From the NCBI RefSeq assembly GCF_009914755.1, contig NC_060927.1: 64,000 nt of DNA. One strand, written 5' to 3'. Below the pieces are notes generated by a model. It did no database searches. It saw only the letters and a program-made list of their open reading frames with translations, and was not told the DNA's origin. The translations under genes were made by a program, and so were the position numbers. Positions 31,801 to 44,385 of the stretch are shown in pieces (position 1 is the stretch's first letter; every line of letters starts with the position of its first letter). The stretch comes from the human T2T-CHM13v2.0 reference genome, Homo sapiens.

Positions 31801-32360
31801 TTTATTACATTTTTAATTTAATACTTTTAAATATTAAACATTTGCTGATGTTCAGAAAGGCAAATGACATTTCATATATTGATACTTTCTAAAGTAACTT
31901 CTTTAAATAATCTCATTATTCCAAATGATTTATTTGTACAGTATATTGATTTTCTTCATTGACAATTATATTATCTGCAAATAATGACAGGGATTTTTTC
32001 TTTCAAAATAATTACTCCCTTTATTTATCTTATTGTACTGGCTTGGATACTAAGATATACGTTGAATATTAATGATAAAGTGAGAATCCTTTCCTTTTCC
32101 TGATTTTAAAGGGGATGCTTTTAATGTTTCATCATCAAATTTGAAGTTACTATAAACTTTAGAAATTACCTAAAATCAGCTTTTTAAAATTATCTTTTAA
32201 TCCTGGTTTTCCACAAAAATTAATGTAATTTTTTACATGAATTAATTTTAAGTGTTATTTAATGGTCTTCCACATTGAGATGATCAAAAAGAAGATTACA
32301 TTGTTTTTCTTCTTCCACCTGTTAATGGAATGATGTTAAACCAATTTTCATTCCTGAGAT
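28850..32360 (-). mobile_element. Nested old L1ME/L1MC fragments
   Basis: Antisense L1M 3' and ORF2 motifs (ttccaaagtggtggta; tatctgcaaataatgacag; ttttaaaggggatgcttttaatgtttca); boundaries approximate. Confidence 0.65.
30934..31042 (+). mobile_element. Very short L1PA2/3-like 3' insertion
   Basis: gggtgcagcacaccagcatggcacatgtatacatatgtaactaacctgcacattgtgcacatgtaccctaaaacttaaagtataat; perfect 19-bp TSD aagaaatttagaaattgtt. Confidence 0.95.
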
Positions 32361-33079
32361 ATGTTCAAACTGCTCATAAGGTACACTGGGGAAGAAATCC
32401 TCTTCCACTCCTTTTTTTTCTTGCAGTGCCAAGGTACAGTATCAACCCAGCACTACATTAAAATAAATTATTTGCTGGAAGTATTCAAGACCTTACTGGG
32501 GTAGTTTAAACTTGGGTCACATACCTGAGGAAGAGCTACCTTATAATTCCATTTTCTAAGAGGAGATATTTTATTATTTGGTCTATAACTAAGGTCAATA
32601 TAGCAATGTTGGCTATGTTTACAGGGTCTCCCACTCCCCATCCAACCTAGTAACAGTTTTATTACGGTTGTGGCCCATTTTTATGAGAAAGTCTGATTTA
32701 ACTCCCCAAAATGCATGGTTCTGGCCTTTTTTTTTTTCTATTTTACATGGTTCTTAATACTGATGCTCCAAGTCATTAAGGAATAGGAAGTTCTTTAGGC
32801 AACCACTACTTTTAGTGCTTGTTTATGTCTGAATTTGTGATTTAGCTTCAAGTTTGACTTCTAAAGAGTTCTTTTATTGCAAACTTAACTCTGTTATCTA
32901 ATATGCATTTGACATTAATTCATTATGCTTACTTGCTTTATAGTGGATTTCTTGGATAAGCTTTCCTGGATATCTGGTGTACCATATTAAGGGAAATAAA
33001 AATTGCTTTTTATACAGACACATAGCATTCAATTGTATGCATGTAACATCATCTATATAGCCATAGGCATATGTAGTCA

Positions 33080-33690
33080 TTCTTTTATTTTTATTGTTTA
33101 TAAATGATACTATAAAAGCAATTTCACAAAATAGGAGTATGTAAGTAAAAAGTAGGAGAATTACAGGAACAAAGAGTTATACACATTTGTCACTGTGACA
33201 GATATTGCCAAATTACTCTCTTTAGAGATTGTACTACATTATGTTCCCACCAGCAATGTATGAAAATATCTGTTTCTCTTCACCCTCAACAAGAATATCT
33301 GTTATTACACTTTTGATTTTTACCAGTCTTACAGGGATAAAAAAAATGGCATTTCAGTTTTGGCTTATTTGCAATTCTCACATTCTAAGTAAAGGTGAAG
33401 TCTTTAAATATGTTTAAAAATCATTCAGAGCTTTTTATCTATAAATTTTATGTTCATAATTGTTTCTGTACTCTTTGTTCATTTTCTTTTGAATTGCTGG
33501 TCATTTCATATTGATTTGTATTTTAGCTTATTGCTTGTGATGTGAGTTGCCAGCATTATTCTTCTGTTTTTGGTATTTTGAGCTTACCTGTTTTTTTTTT
33601 GTCATGGGGAATGATTTTAATAAAATAAAAATTTTGCCTCTGGGCTATATATGACTATTGGAAGAGTCTTCTAAACTGGGGTATTACAAA
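33080..33690 (-). mobile_element. Old L1ME fragment
   Basis: gatattgccaaattactctc...tcccaccagcaatgtatga. Confidence 0.6.
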
Positions 33691-35109
33691 TTGTCGCTTT
33701 TATCATTACTTTTTTTTTTTTTTTATCAAGTTCAGTGTCACTTTTGCTCCCTCTTTAAAACTTATAAGAATACAAGTTCAGGATATATTTGGCTATTTAT
33801 CTAATTTCCTATGTATCTACTTTTTCTGACTACTGTGTGCATCCCAAATAGGAAGCATTCTTATGCAATGGTTCCATTTCTTTGATATTTAAACACACTA
33901 CAGTATTCCTGGAGCAACTGATAGTTCTTTCAATGGCCTGGTTCATATGAGTTAGATGAAAAAGATGATCAAAGAGTCTAGGTATTGTCAATAAATATTC
34001 TGTAAGCTACAAGAATCTAGTTCAAAAAGCACCAAGTAACAGGAGAGTAATCCCCCTCTCATTCAACAAGATTGGAATAGGCAACTAACAAGTTAATCAA
34101 AAAAGTTAAAGAGAAATATCATTTTTAAAGACATATCACTTAAACTGGTAAAGCTAAAATACATATGAATGTAAAGTCATTGAACAACATTTTGACTCAT
34201 TGCGAAGAACTTGAATTTGATCACAGCTTGCTTGATTAGAATTTCATCATCTTAATGCAGATACCAGAAGCCTAGAAGGCAGCATTGACATTTCCCTGTT
34301 TAGTCTATTTTAAAGTAAGTGTGTGTTTGTATATGTGTGTGTGCATGTGTGTTAAGCACTCTGGGTGCCAAACTCTTCTAGAATTTTCAGCTTTATTTCA
34401 ATCATTTTTTGCTCCCCATTCAACATTTATTTTATGCATATGTTAATATTAGAAAGTAATCCATTAGCTTTGAGATTGCAGAATTATGTGAACATCTATC
34501 AACTTTATAGTAGGAATGAAGAATGTTGGTTAATTGGGTGACTTTGTTAAGTGGGATTAAATTAAGTACACTTCAGTTGCATCTGTTATAGGGAGTAATG
34601 GTTAATTCGGTGAGTTGATCAAGTAGAGTTAGACAGATTAAATTATACCTTCCATTTTTACCTTTCTTAGGAATAACAGACATATTTTCAAATCTTTTAG
34701 TCTTCAGATTTTTAGCTTTTCGAGAAAGAAGTAGATTGTAGTAATGTTAAGTTATTGATATAATCATATTCTGGAAAGTAGATCTAAAGCAATGTTGGCC
34801 AAAAAATATGAAACAAATGACAAAAATTCTTTCCCCTTGCAGAATTGGCACTAGTTGATTTAGGATGAGTTTTTCTAAAATCTTTTCTTGCATTTAGCAG
34901 AACTTTGGCTATAGTCAGTTAACAGAAGTTGGCAAAATAGTTCAGGTTCTTAATTAGAAACATCATACACTTCTCTTGGCTTTGTTCTCACCTGGAAATC
35001 AGAGAAAACATAACCTCATGGACAGCTGTAAGCCACTAGTTCAACTGAAAAAATATACCGGACAAGTGCCATTTGATATCTGTCAACATCCATCAACATC
35101 ATCCTCATT

Positions 35110-35335
35110 ACTATCATCAGAAATATCATTTACTGAGTATATGCCATATGTCTGGCACTGTACTCTGTGCTTTATTTGGTTTACTGTTTAAAAATTGCAG
35201 TGATAATGAAAGGTGCAGATTATTGTTCGCATTTTCCAGATGGGGAGAAACTCAATAAGGTATAAGGTATAATTTTCCAAAAGGCATCCAGTTAACATGT
35301 GGGAGAACAGGATTAATAACTGTCTAACTCTTTCC
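35110..35335. mobile_element. MIR
   Basis: atcatttactgagtat...ctggcactgtactctgtgcttta...cattttccagatggggagaaact. Confidence 0.65.
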
Positions 35336-35708
35336 CAATCGGTAAAAATGTTTTCACTGATATAATTGTGTTAAAAGGTATGCTTTAAAGCAACAAAATG
35401 AACTTAAGTAAGCTTAATTAAAAATTGGTCTTAATCAAAAGGATATTATCCCATGAATCAGCCAGACTAACTGGTCATTATTTTGAAAGAGATTAGGATC
35501 AGCAACTGCAAAGTCAACAGAAATTCAGTCTCTGCCTCGTGTCCTTTTTCGCATTGTTTTGCTTCATTCTCATCCCACCCTCACTCTCTCTCCTGCTTGT
35601 GATATGTTAGAAGCTTGTGATATGTCAGATATTCACCACTGATAAGTCAATGAGGGTGAAGAGAGGGTGACACATCACTAATAAAATGGGAAGGAACACA
35701 GAAAAGGC

Positions 35709-36100
35709 TGCTAGCAGCTCACCAAAATCTACATTCTCTTTTAAGAGTACTGTTGGACTAAGTGTCCCAGCTATTTTACAGTTAGGTATAGCAAAGTTAT
35801 TAAGTTTCCATCATAGAATGTGAATAAAAATGGTATGTGCCAATTCCAGCCCTAGACCCTATAACACTCATTTATTTTCAACCCTTTTAGGCCTGACCAG
35901 AATGGATAAAACTCAAACAAAGCATGACCTTGGAAGGCATATTTTAAAGTTGACAGAACATTGGCAGCTTGGATCTCTAAGCGACTAGGTGGAGCAGACC
36001 TCCCTTGTCAAATTTTCAGCCTACTCATTAATGTTATTTGGGAGAAATAAAGTTTCAGCATATTTGAGTAATACACTTTGGGGTCTAAATTTTATGCCAG
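35709..36100 (+). mobile_element. MLT1I/J-like MaLR LTR
   Basis: tcccagctattttacagttaggt...tagaatgtgaataaaaatggtatgtgccaattccagccct. Confidence 0.6.
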
Positions 36101-38892
36101 TAAGTAGATCTCTCTGTTTATGCCAGAGAGAGGGCACATAGGCTGAGAAGTTCTACCTCAAAACTGTAAAGAGTAAAGTAGAAATTACAGGGGAACTATA
36201 AATAAGCCACAATAAAAAAAATGATTTGAACTTACCTATTTAATCTCAAATAGTTATTTCACCATGTCAATATAACTTTGTATGCACATCACCTTCTCTA
36301 ATCATGGTTATAGCTGAAATCCTGATATCCTCTACTTAGACTTATTTTGCTTGGTTGGCTGTCACTCATATTGAGGGGATAGATTCTAGAGTTGTTTTCT
36401 TTGTCTCTTATAGGACATACTTTCCAAAGTCAGCCTATTTGGAAAATTTATACGAGATTATTCCAAAATATTGAGGATATATTCTTGTACATAATTCTGA
36501 AGTTCAAAAGAAATTAAAAATTAATTTAGCTCAGTGTTTTTCCCAAAAGAGCTTACTTACTATCCAATTGAGCAGAAGACACACATAGCGTTACAAGGTT
36601 AGTTAGCATTATGAAATATTTTACGTGCTATTTTCTTGATGTATTCCATTAAAGATTTCAAAAGCATGTATTCTGTATCCCACTTTATTAAAACAAATAA
36701 CTTTTTGAGGAGTAGAGCAAGACGGTCAAATAGAAGATTCCGCCAATCATCCCGCCTGCAAAGACACCAATTTAACAACCGTCTAGTCAGAAAAACACCT
36801 TCATAAGAACCAAAAATTGGGTGAGCACTCACAGTACCTGATTTTAACTTCATATCACTGAAAGAGGCACTGGAATCAGGTAGAAAAGAGTCTTGAATTG
36901 CCACCACCACTCCTCCCTCATCCCCCAGCAGTGGTTGCATGGCACAGAGAGAATCTGTGCACTTGGGAAAGGGTGAATGCAGTAGTTGTGAGATATTGCA
37001 GTGAGCTCAGTATTGCCCTGTCATAGCAGAAAGCAAAACTGGGCTGAACTCAGCTGAGGCCTGCCCACAGAGGGAGTATTTAAACTTACTCTAGCCAAAA
37101 GGGAATCACTCATCCCAGCGGTTGGAACTCAGTTCTGGCAAGCCTCATCGCCATAGGCTAAAGCATTCCAGGGCCCTAAACAAACTGAAAACACTCTATG
37201 CCATAAGGACTGCAACTCCTAGGTAAGTCCTAGGGCTGAACTGAGCTCAGAACAAGTGAAACACCAGGCAGGGTGGCTAAGGGAGTGCTTGCTATACCTC
37301 TGCCCAAACTCCAGGCTGCACAGCTCATGGCTTAAAAAGAGACTCCTTCCTTCTGCTTGAAGACAGGAGACGGAAGAGTAAAGAAGACTTTGTCTTGTAT
37401 CTCACTTACCAGCTCGGCCACAGTAGGATACAGCACCAGCCAGAGTTGTGAGGCCCCCTTTCCAGGCCCTAGCTCCCAGATGACATTTCTAGACATACCC
37501 TGTGCCAAAAGGAAACCTGCTGCCTTCAAGTGAAAAAGCCCAGTCCTGTCAGGATCCATTACTTGCTTACTAAAGAGCCCTTGTGCCCTGAATAACCAGC
37601 AGTGGTATCCAGGTAGGACACTGTGGGCCCTGAGAGAGAATCTGAGACTTGCTGGCTTCACATGAAACTTTTTTGCGTGAGAAAAGCAGAAGAAAAAGTA
37701 AAGAGGACTTTGTCTTGCACCTTAGGTACCAGTTCAGCCACAGGGGTGTAAAGCACCAAGTGGGCTCCTGGGATCCTCAATTCCAGCCCTTGGCTTTTCT
37801 GGACCTATCCTAGGCCAGAGGGGATCCCACTGCTCTGAATGTTGAGTTCTGGGCCAGGCAGCATTCACCATACGCTGACTAAAAAGCCCCTAGGCCTTAA
37901 TGGAACATCTGCAGTAGCCTGGCAGTATTCTGTTGGGTCTGTGGGGGTGGTAACCATGGGGTGAGGCCTCTCTGCCAGGGGAAAAGGGAGGAAAGCGTGG
38001 GAAGGACTGTGACTCATGGTTTGAGTGCCAGCTCTGCTGCAGTACAATAGAATCAGGTAGACTTCTAAGGATTTTGACTTCAGTTTCTGGCTCCTGGACG
38101 GCACCTCTGACTCCACCCTAGGGAAACTTGCTGCCTTGAAGGGAAGGACGCAAGCCTGGCTGGCTTTGCCACCTGCTGACTGTAAAGCCCCAGGAACTTG
38201 AGAAAACAGGCAGTGGCCAGGTTGTTGTCACATCAGGCCTTGGGTGAGACCCAGTGATGTGCTGCCTTCAGGTCTGACCAAGTGCAGTCCCAGAGCTGGT
38301 GGCCACAGGAATGCTTGTGTCACACCACTCCCAGATCTAGGTGGCTCAGAACAGAGGAATAGAGAGACTCTGTTTGGGAGAAAGTAAGAAAAGAACAAGA
38401 GTCTCTGCCTGGTAATCCAGAGAATTTGTCCAGATTTTATCCAAGACCACCAAAGTAGTAACTCTACAAGTCTGCAAGAACCAGAGCATGATGGGGCTTG
38501 GGGTGCCACCTAAGGTAGATACAGCTTAGATAAAAAAACCCAAGTGCTTTTGAATACCTGGAAATCCTTCCCAAAAAGAATGGGTACAAGCAAGCCCAGA
38601 CTGCAAAGACTACAATAAATAACCCAAATTTTTAACTCCCAGACACAGACAAACATCCATAAGCATCAAGACCATCCAGGAAAACATGATCTCACCAAAT
38701 GAAGTAAATAAGACACCAGGGGCCAATCTTGGAGGACTAGAAATATGTGACTTTTTAGACAGACAATTCAAAATAGCTGTTTTGAGGAAACTCAAAGAAA
38801 TTCAAGATAACACAGAGAGAGAATTCATAAGTCTTTCAAATACATTTAATGAAAAGATTGAAATATTTAAAAAAAGACATACATTTGGTTCT

Positions 38893-39298
38893 TGGGCATT
38901 TGGGTTGGTTCCAAGTCTATGTGGCACATACACACCATAGAATACTATGCAGCCATAAGAAAGGATGAGTTCATGTCCTTTGCAGGGACATGGATGAAGC
39001 TGGAAACCATCATTCTCAGCAAACTAACACAGGAACAGAAAAACAAACACCACATGTTCTCACTCATAAGTGGGAGTTGAACAATGAGAACACATGGACA
39101 CAGGGAGGGGAACATCACACTCCGGGGCCTGTCAGGGAGTCGGGGGCTAGGGGAGGGATAGCATTATGAGAAATACCTAATGTGGATGATGGGCTGATGG
39201 GTTCAGCAAACCACCATGGCACGTGTATACCTATGTAACAAACCTGCATGTTCTGCACATGTATTGCAGAACTTAAAGTATAATTAAAAAAAAAAAAA
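38893..39298 (+). mobile_element. 5'-truncated L1PA7/8-like element with a 26-bp 5' inversion
   Basis: tgggcatttgggttggttccaagtct (antisense L1) is fused to sense atgtggcacatacacacc...3'UTR...poly(A). Confidence 0.9.
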
Positions 39299-39748
39299 GA
39301 GAGAGGAGACAAAGTTAAAGTGTAGAGTTGTTATTAGGTTTTTTTTTTGTCTGTTTGTTCATGCAAACAGTATTAAGATGTTATCAGCTTAAAATAATGG
39401 GTTTTAAGATATTGCAAGCCTCATCATAACCACAAATCAAAAAAAAAAAAAAATGCAATGGATACACAAAAAACTAAAATGCAAGAAACTAAATCATACC
39501 ACCAGAGAAAATCATCTTTACTAAAATGAAGACAGGAAGGAAAGGAGAGGAAGACCATAAAACAACCAGAAAACAAATAACAAAATGGTAGGAGTAAGTC
39601 CTTACTTATCAATACTAATATTGAATGTAAATGGACTAAACTCTTCAATCAAAAGACATAGAGTGGCCAAATAGATTTTAAAACAAAACAAAACAAAAAA
39701 AACAAGATTCAGTGAGTTGTTGCCTATAGGAAACACATTTCACCAATA

Positions 39749-40060
39749 GGCCGGGTGCAGTGACTCACACCTGTAATCCCAGAACTTTGGGAGGCCAAGG
39801 CAGGCAGATCAAGAGGTCAGGAGTTCGAGACCAGCCTGGCCAATATGGTGAAACTCCGTCTCTACTAAAAATACAAAAAAAAATAGCTGGGCGTGGTGGT
39901 GCACACCTGTAGTCCAGCTACTTGGGAGGCTGAGGCAGAAGAATCACTTGAACCTGGGAGGCGGAGGTTGCAGTGAGCCAAGATTGCAGTACTGCACTAC
40001 AGCCTGGGTGACAGAGTGAGACTCTGTCTCAAAAAAAAAAAAAAAAAAAGAAAAGAAAAA
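39749..40060 (+). mobile_element. AluS (Sg/Sx-like) in L1 ORF2
   Basis: Full dimer; flanking duplication acacatttcacc(a/t)ata. Confidence 0.93.
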
Positions 40061-40882
40061 GAAACACATTTACACATTTCACCTATAAAGACACAAAAAG
40101 ACTGAAAATAAGGGGATGAAAAAAGATATTACATGTCAGTGGAAACCAAAAAGAGTAGGAGTTATGATACTTACATCAGGCAAAATTGATTTCAAAACAA
40201 AAATTATAAGAGACAAAGAAGGTCCCTATAAATGATGAAGGGATTATTTCAGCAGGAGGATGTAATGATTGTAAATATATATGCATCCAACACTGGATCA
40301 CCCAGGTATATAAAGAAAATATTATTAGAACTAAAGAAAGAGATAGACCTCAATACAATAATAGCTGGAGACTTCAACACCCCATTTTCAGCATTGGACA
40401 GATATTTCAGACAGAAAATCAACAAAGTAACATTGAACTTAATCTGAACTGTAGACCAAGTCTACCAAATAGATACTTACAAAACATTTCATCCAACAGC
40501 TGCAGAATACACATTCTTTTCCTCAGCACATGGATCATTTTGTCTATAGATCATATGTTAGGACAGAAAACAAGTGTTGAAACATTCAAAAAATGAAATA
40601 ATATTAAGCATCTGCTCTAATCACAGCAGTATAAAACTAGAAATCACCAACAAGAAGAATTTTGGAAAATGTACAGACACATGGAAATTAAACAGTATGT
40701 TCCTGAATGACCAGTAGGTAAATGAAGAAATTAAGGAGGAAATTTCACAATTTCTTGAAACAAATGATAATGGAAACACAACATACCAAAACCCATGGAA
40801 TACAGCAAAAGCAATACTAAGAGGGAAGTTTATAGATATAAGTGCCTATATAAAAAGGAAGAAAACTTCAAATAAACAACCT

Positions 40883-41137
40883 TATATAGTTTGAATATAT
40901 GTCCCCAGCAAATCTCATGTTAAATTGTAATCCCCAGTGTTGGAGATGGGGCCTGGTGGAAGGTGTTTGGCTCACGGAGGTGGATCTCTCATGAATGGCT
41001 TGAGCCTTCCCCTTGGTGATAAGTGAGTTCTCACTCTAAGTTCACATGAGATCTGGTTGTTTAAAGGTGTGTAACACCTATGCTCTCTACCCTGGATTTT
41101 CTCTCTTGCTCCTGCTCTGGCCGTGTGACATGCCTGC
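40883..41137 (+). mobile_element. MSTB-like MaLR LTR, 5' half only
   Basis: caaatctcatgttaaattgtaatccccagtgttggagatggggcctggtgg...gagatctggttgtttaaa; truncated at tgacatgcctgc. Confidence 0.88.
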
Positions 41138-42632
41138 CAAAATATAGAATCAATCTAACTGTCCATCAACAGATGAATGGATAAAGAAAATGTGGTACAT
41201 ACACACAATGGAGCTCTATTCAACCATGTAAAAGAACGAGATCTTTTGCAAAAACATGTCATTTGCAACAACATAAATGGAACTGGGGGTCATTAAGTTA
41301 AGTGAAATAAGCAAGGCACAGAAAGACAAACTTTGCATGTTCTCACTTGTTTATGGGATCTAAAAATCAAAACAATTGAACTCATAGAGAGTAGAAGAAT
41401 GGTTACCAGAGGCTGGGAAGGGTAAGGGGTGGGTGCAGAGGAACTGGGGAGGGTTAATGGGTATTAAAAAATAGTTAGAAAGAACGAATAAGTCCTAGTA
41501 TTTGCTTACCCAACAAAGTGACTGTAGTGAAAAGTAATTTAATTGTATATTTTTAAATAACTAAAAAATGGGATCAGATTGTTTGTAAAGCAAGGATAAA
41601 TGCTTGAGGGCACGGATACCCCATTTACCTTGATGTAATTATTACCCATTGCATGTATGTATCATAATGTCTCATGTACCCCATAAATATATCCAACTAC
41701 TATGTACCCATAAAAATTAAACATAAAAAATAAAATAAAATAAGTACCTTTTTGGAGTTAATATATTACAATATATATAAAATATCTGGAATATTAATCT
41801 CCCAAATATTAATGGTGATTATACCATTGTGATGTGATTACAAGTAATTTTTCATGGTTTGTTTGTTTCTATTTTCTAACTTTCTTCTTTAATACATTTG
41901 TATTACATGTATTATGAAAACATTTTTAACGTAAAAATATGTGGGCAAAAATGCGAGTTCCGTTCATTGCCTATGACTCACATCTAATGTATGTTTAAAA
42001 GATGGGTCAGGGAAAATGTCAAGTGCCAAGCTGTGTTTATTTTGCAATAAAATAAAGGGACATAAGTAGGAAATGAATAGAACAACTACACCTAAGAACT
42101 CCTCAAATATTTGAAAAACGGCCGCAATCTGTGAGAAATTACCACACTCATGAATACCTATTAAGATTTTAATACCAAGTTAACTTGCAAGATACTTTAT
42201 TGTTTTGGAGATGAATTTCTTTTTACAAGTCAAATAGATTTTTTTTTGTATATGACTCTGGCCCAGGAGAGGGCAGACCATCACACATAAAGAATTTTAA
42301 CTTAAGCTTTTAAAGAAATAATGTTTATGGCATGACTAAGTCCTTAAAAAAGGAAGGGGCAATTCATCCTCAAAATATGTTGTTTTTTTCTCTCAGTATT
42401 TCCATTTCCATTTCCATTTGTAATCATCTTCAAACACAAATACTCCCTTCTAAGTAAATTGTTACTGTGGTAGCTTTGGTGTCATGATTATTCTTCCTTA
42501 AAAAGTTTACATTTATTCTGAAATTACACCTTTTTCACTGAGTAGTGAATGCCTTTTAAGATGAAAGTTTGCTGCTACTTATAAGGGAAACAAACAAAAA
42601 GAAAAATACTATGGAAATGAACGGGTCTTACA

Positions 42633-42980
42633 CTTTTTAAAGTTTTATTTTGTTTTTAATTGATACATAATGATTGTACATATTTGGAGGTAAAGTATGA
42701 TGTTTTGATATATATATACATTGTGTAATAATAAAATCAGGAAAATTAGCATAGCTATCACCTTAAATATTTATCATTGTTTTGTAGCAAGAGTATTCAA
42801 AACCCTCTCTTCTAGCTATTTGGAAAAATAAATACATTATTTTTAACCATGTTAACTATAATCATCAATAGAAAACCAGAAATTATTCCACCTAACTATA
42901 ACTTTATACTCATTAACTAATCACTCTTCCTCCCTCCATTCTCCCCAGCCTCTGATAATCACTATCTTACTCTCTGTTTA
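42633..42980 (-). mobile_element. L1MA4/5-like 3' end
   Basis: ttaattgatacataatgattgtacatattt...ctcttctagctattt...cccagcctctgataatcactatcttactctct. Confidence 0.8.
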
Positions 42981-43900
42981 AAATCAGATAAAGACACATC
43001 AGCAACAACTACAAAAAAACGCAGAGGCCAATATCCCCGATGAACATAGATACAAATATCCTCAACAAAATATTAGCAAACCAAATTATAGAACACATTA
43101 AAAATACCATTCACCATGAGCAAGTGGGATCCATTCCAGGGATGCAAGAATGGCTCGACATACATAAATCAATAAACATGATGTATAACATTAATGGAAT
43201 CAAAAACAGAAACCACATAATCATTGCAATAGATGCAGAAAAAGCATTTGATAAAATAATAATAATTAAGGTAATAAAATATATAATAAATAAAAACTCA
43301 AAATAAAAGCCCTCAACAAATTGGTTATAGAGGGAATGTACCTCAGCATAATAAAGGCCATATATGGAAACCCACAGCTAATATCATACTGAGTTGAGAA
43401 AAGTTAAAAGCTTTTTCTCTGAGATCTACAACTAGACAAGGATGCCCACTTTCACCACTTCTAGTCAACATTGTACTGAAATTCCGAGCCAGAGCAATTA
43501 GGCAAGAGAAAGAAAACAAAAGGGCATCCAAATTGGAAAAGAGAAAGCCAATTATTTGTTTGCAGATGACATGATCTTACATAGAGAAAATTTTAAGTAC
43601 TCCACATACAAAAAACCTCTTAAAACTGATAAATTCAGTAAAGTTGCAGAATACAAAAATCAACCTACAAAAGTAAGTAGCATTTCTATATGTCAACAGC
43701 AAACTGTCTTTTAAAAAATCAAGAAAATAACCCCATTTACAAGCACTGCAAAAAAATACCTAGGAATAAATGTAACCAAGGAAATGGGTAAAGACCTCTA
43801 CAATGAAAACTATAAAACATTGATAAAAAAAACTGAAGAGGACAAAAATCAATGGAAACACATCTTGTATTCATGGACTGGAAAAATTCATATTATTGAA
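42981..43900 (+). mobile_element. L1 ORF2 reverse-transcriptase segment (decayed)
   Basis: [14 protein letters not shown]...[15 protein letters not shown]...[10 protein letters not shown]; tttgcagatgacatgat encodes the FADD motif. Confidence 0.9.
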
Positions 43901-43947
43901 ATTCAACTTAAGTGTCCTTCACCAGTGGATTGGCTAAAGAAAATGTG

Positions 43948-43991
<44 letters not shown>

Positions 43992-44385
43992 TTACCATGG
44001 AATACTACTCAGCCATAAAAAATTACATAATATCTTTTTCAGCAACTTGGATAGAACTGGAGGCCATTATCCTAGGTGAAGTAACTCAGGAATAGAAAAC
44101 CAAATACCACATGTTCTCACTTATAAATGGGAGCTAAGCTATATATACGCAAAGGCGTACAGAGTGGTAGTGCACATAGGAGACTCAGAGGGAGAGAGGG
44201 AAGGAGGGAGGGATGAAAAATTACCTGCTGGGTACAATGTATACTATTCAGGTGACAGGAACACTAAAAACCCAGACTTCACCATTATACAATTCATCTA
44301 TGTAACCAAAACCACTTGTACCCCTGAAGTTCTTGAAATTAAAAAAAAAAAAACTTAAAAAATAGACATAAAAATAAAAAATGTA
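43901..44385 (+). mobile_element. L1PB4-like 3' end containing (TG)n at 43950-43989
   Basis: gaagtaactcaggaatagaaaacc...cccagacttcaccattatacaattcatctatgtaaccaaaaccacttgtacccc followed by an A tail. Confidence 0.85.

Larger units (their letters stand above)
36708..41740 (+). mobile_element. L1MA2-like LINE-1, originally full length, now with two internal deletions and three nested insertions
   Basis: L1M1-type 5'UTR (gagcaagacggtcaaatagaag), ORF1 start (FKIAVLRKLKEIQDNTE), ORF2 endonuclease (IVNIYASNTGSPRYIK...IIAGDFNTP), L1MA2-type 3'UTR. Decayed TSD aaacaaataactttttg (36691-36707) / aaataagtacctttttg (41738-41754). Confidence 0.9.
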
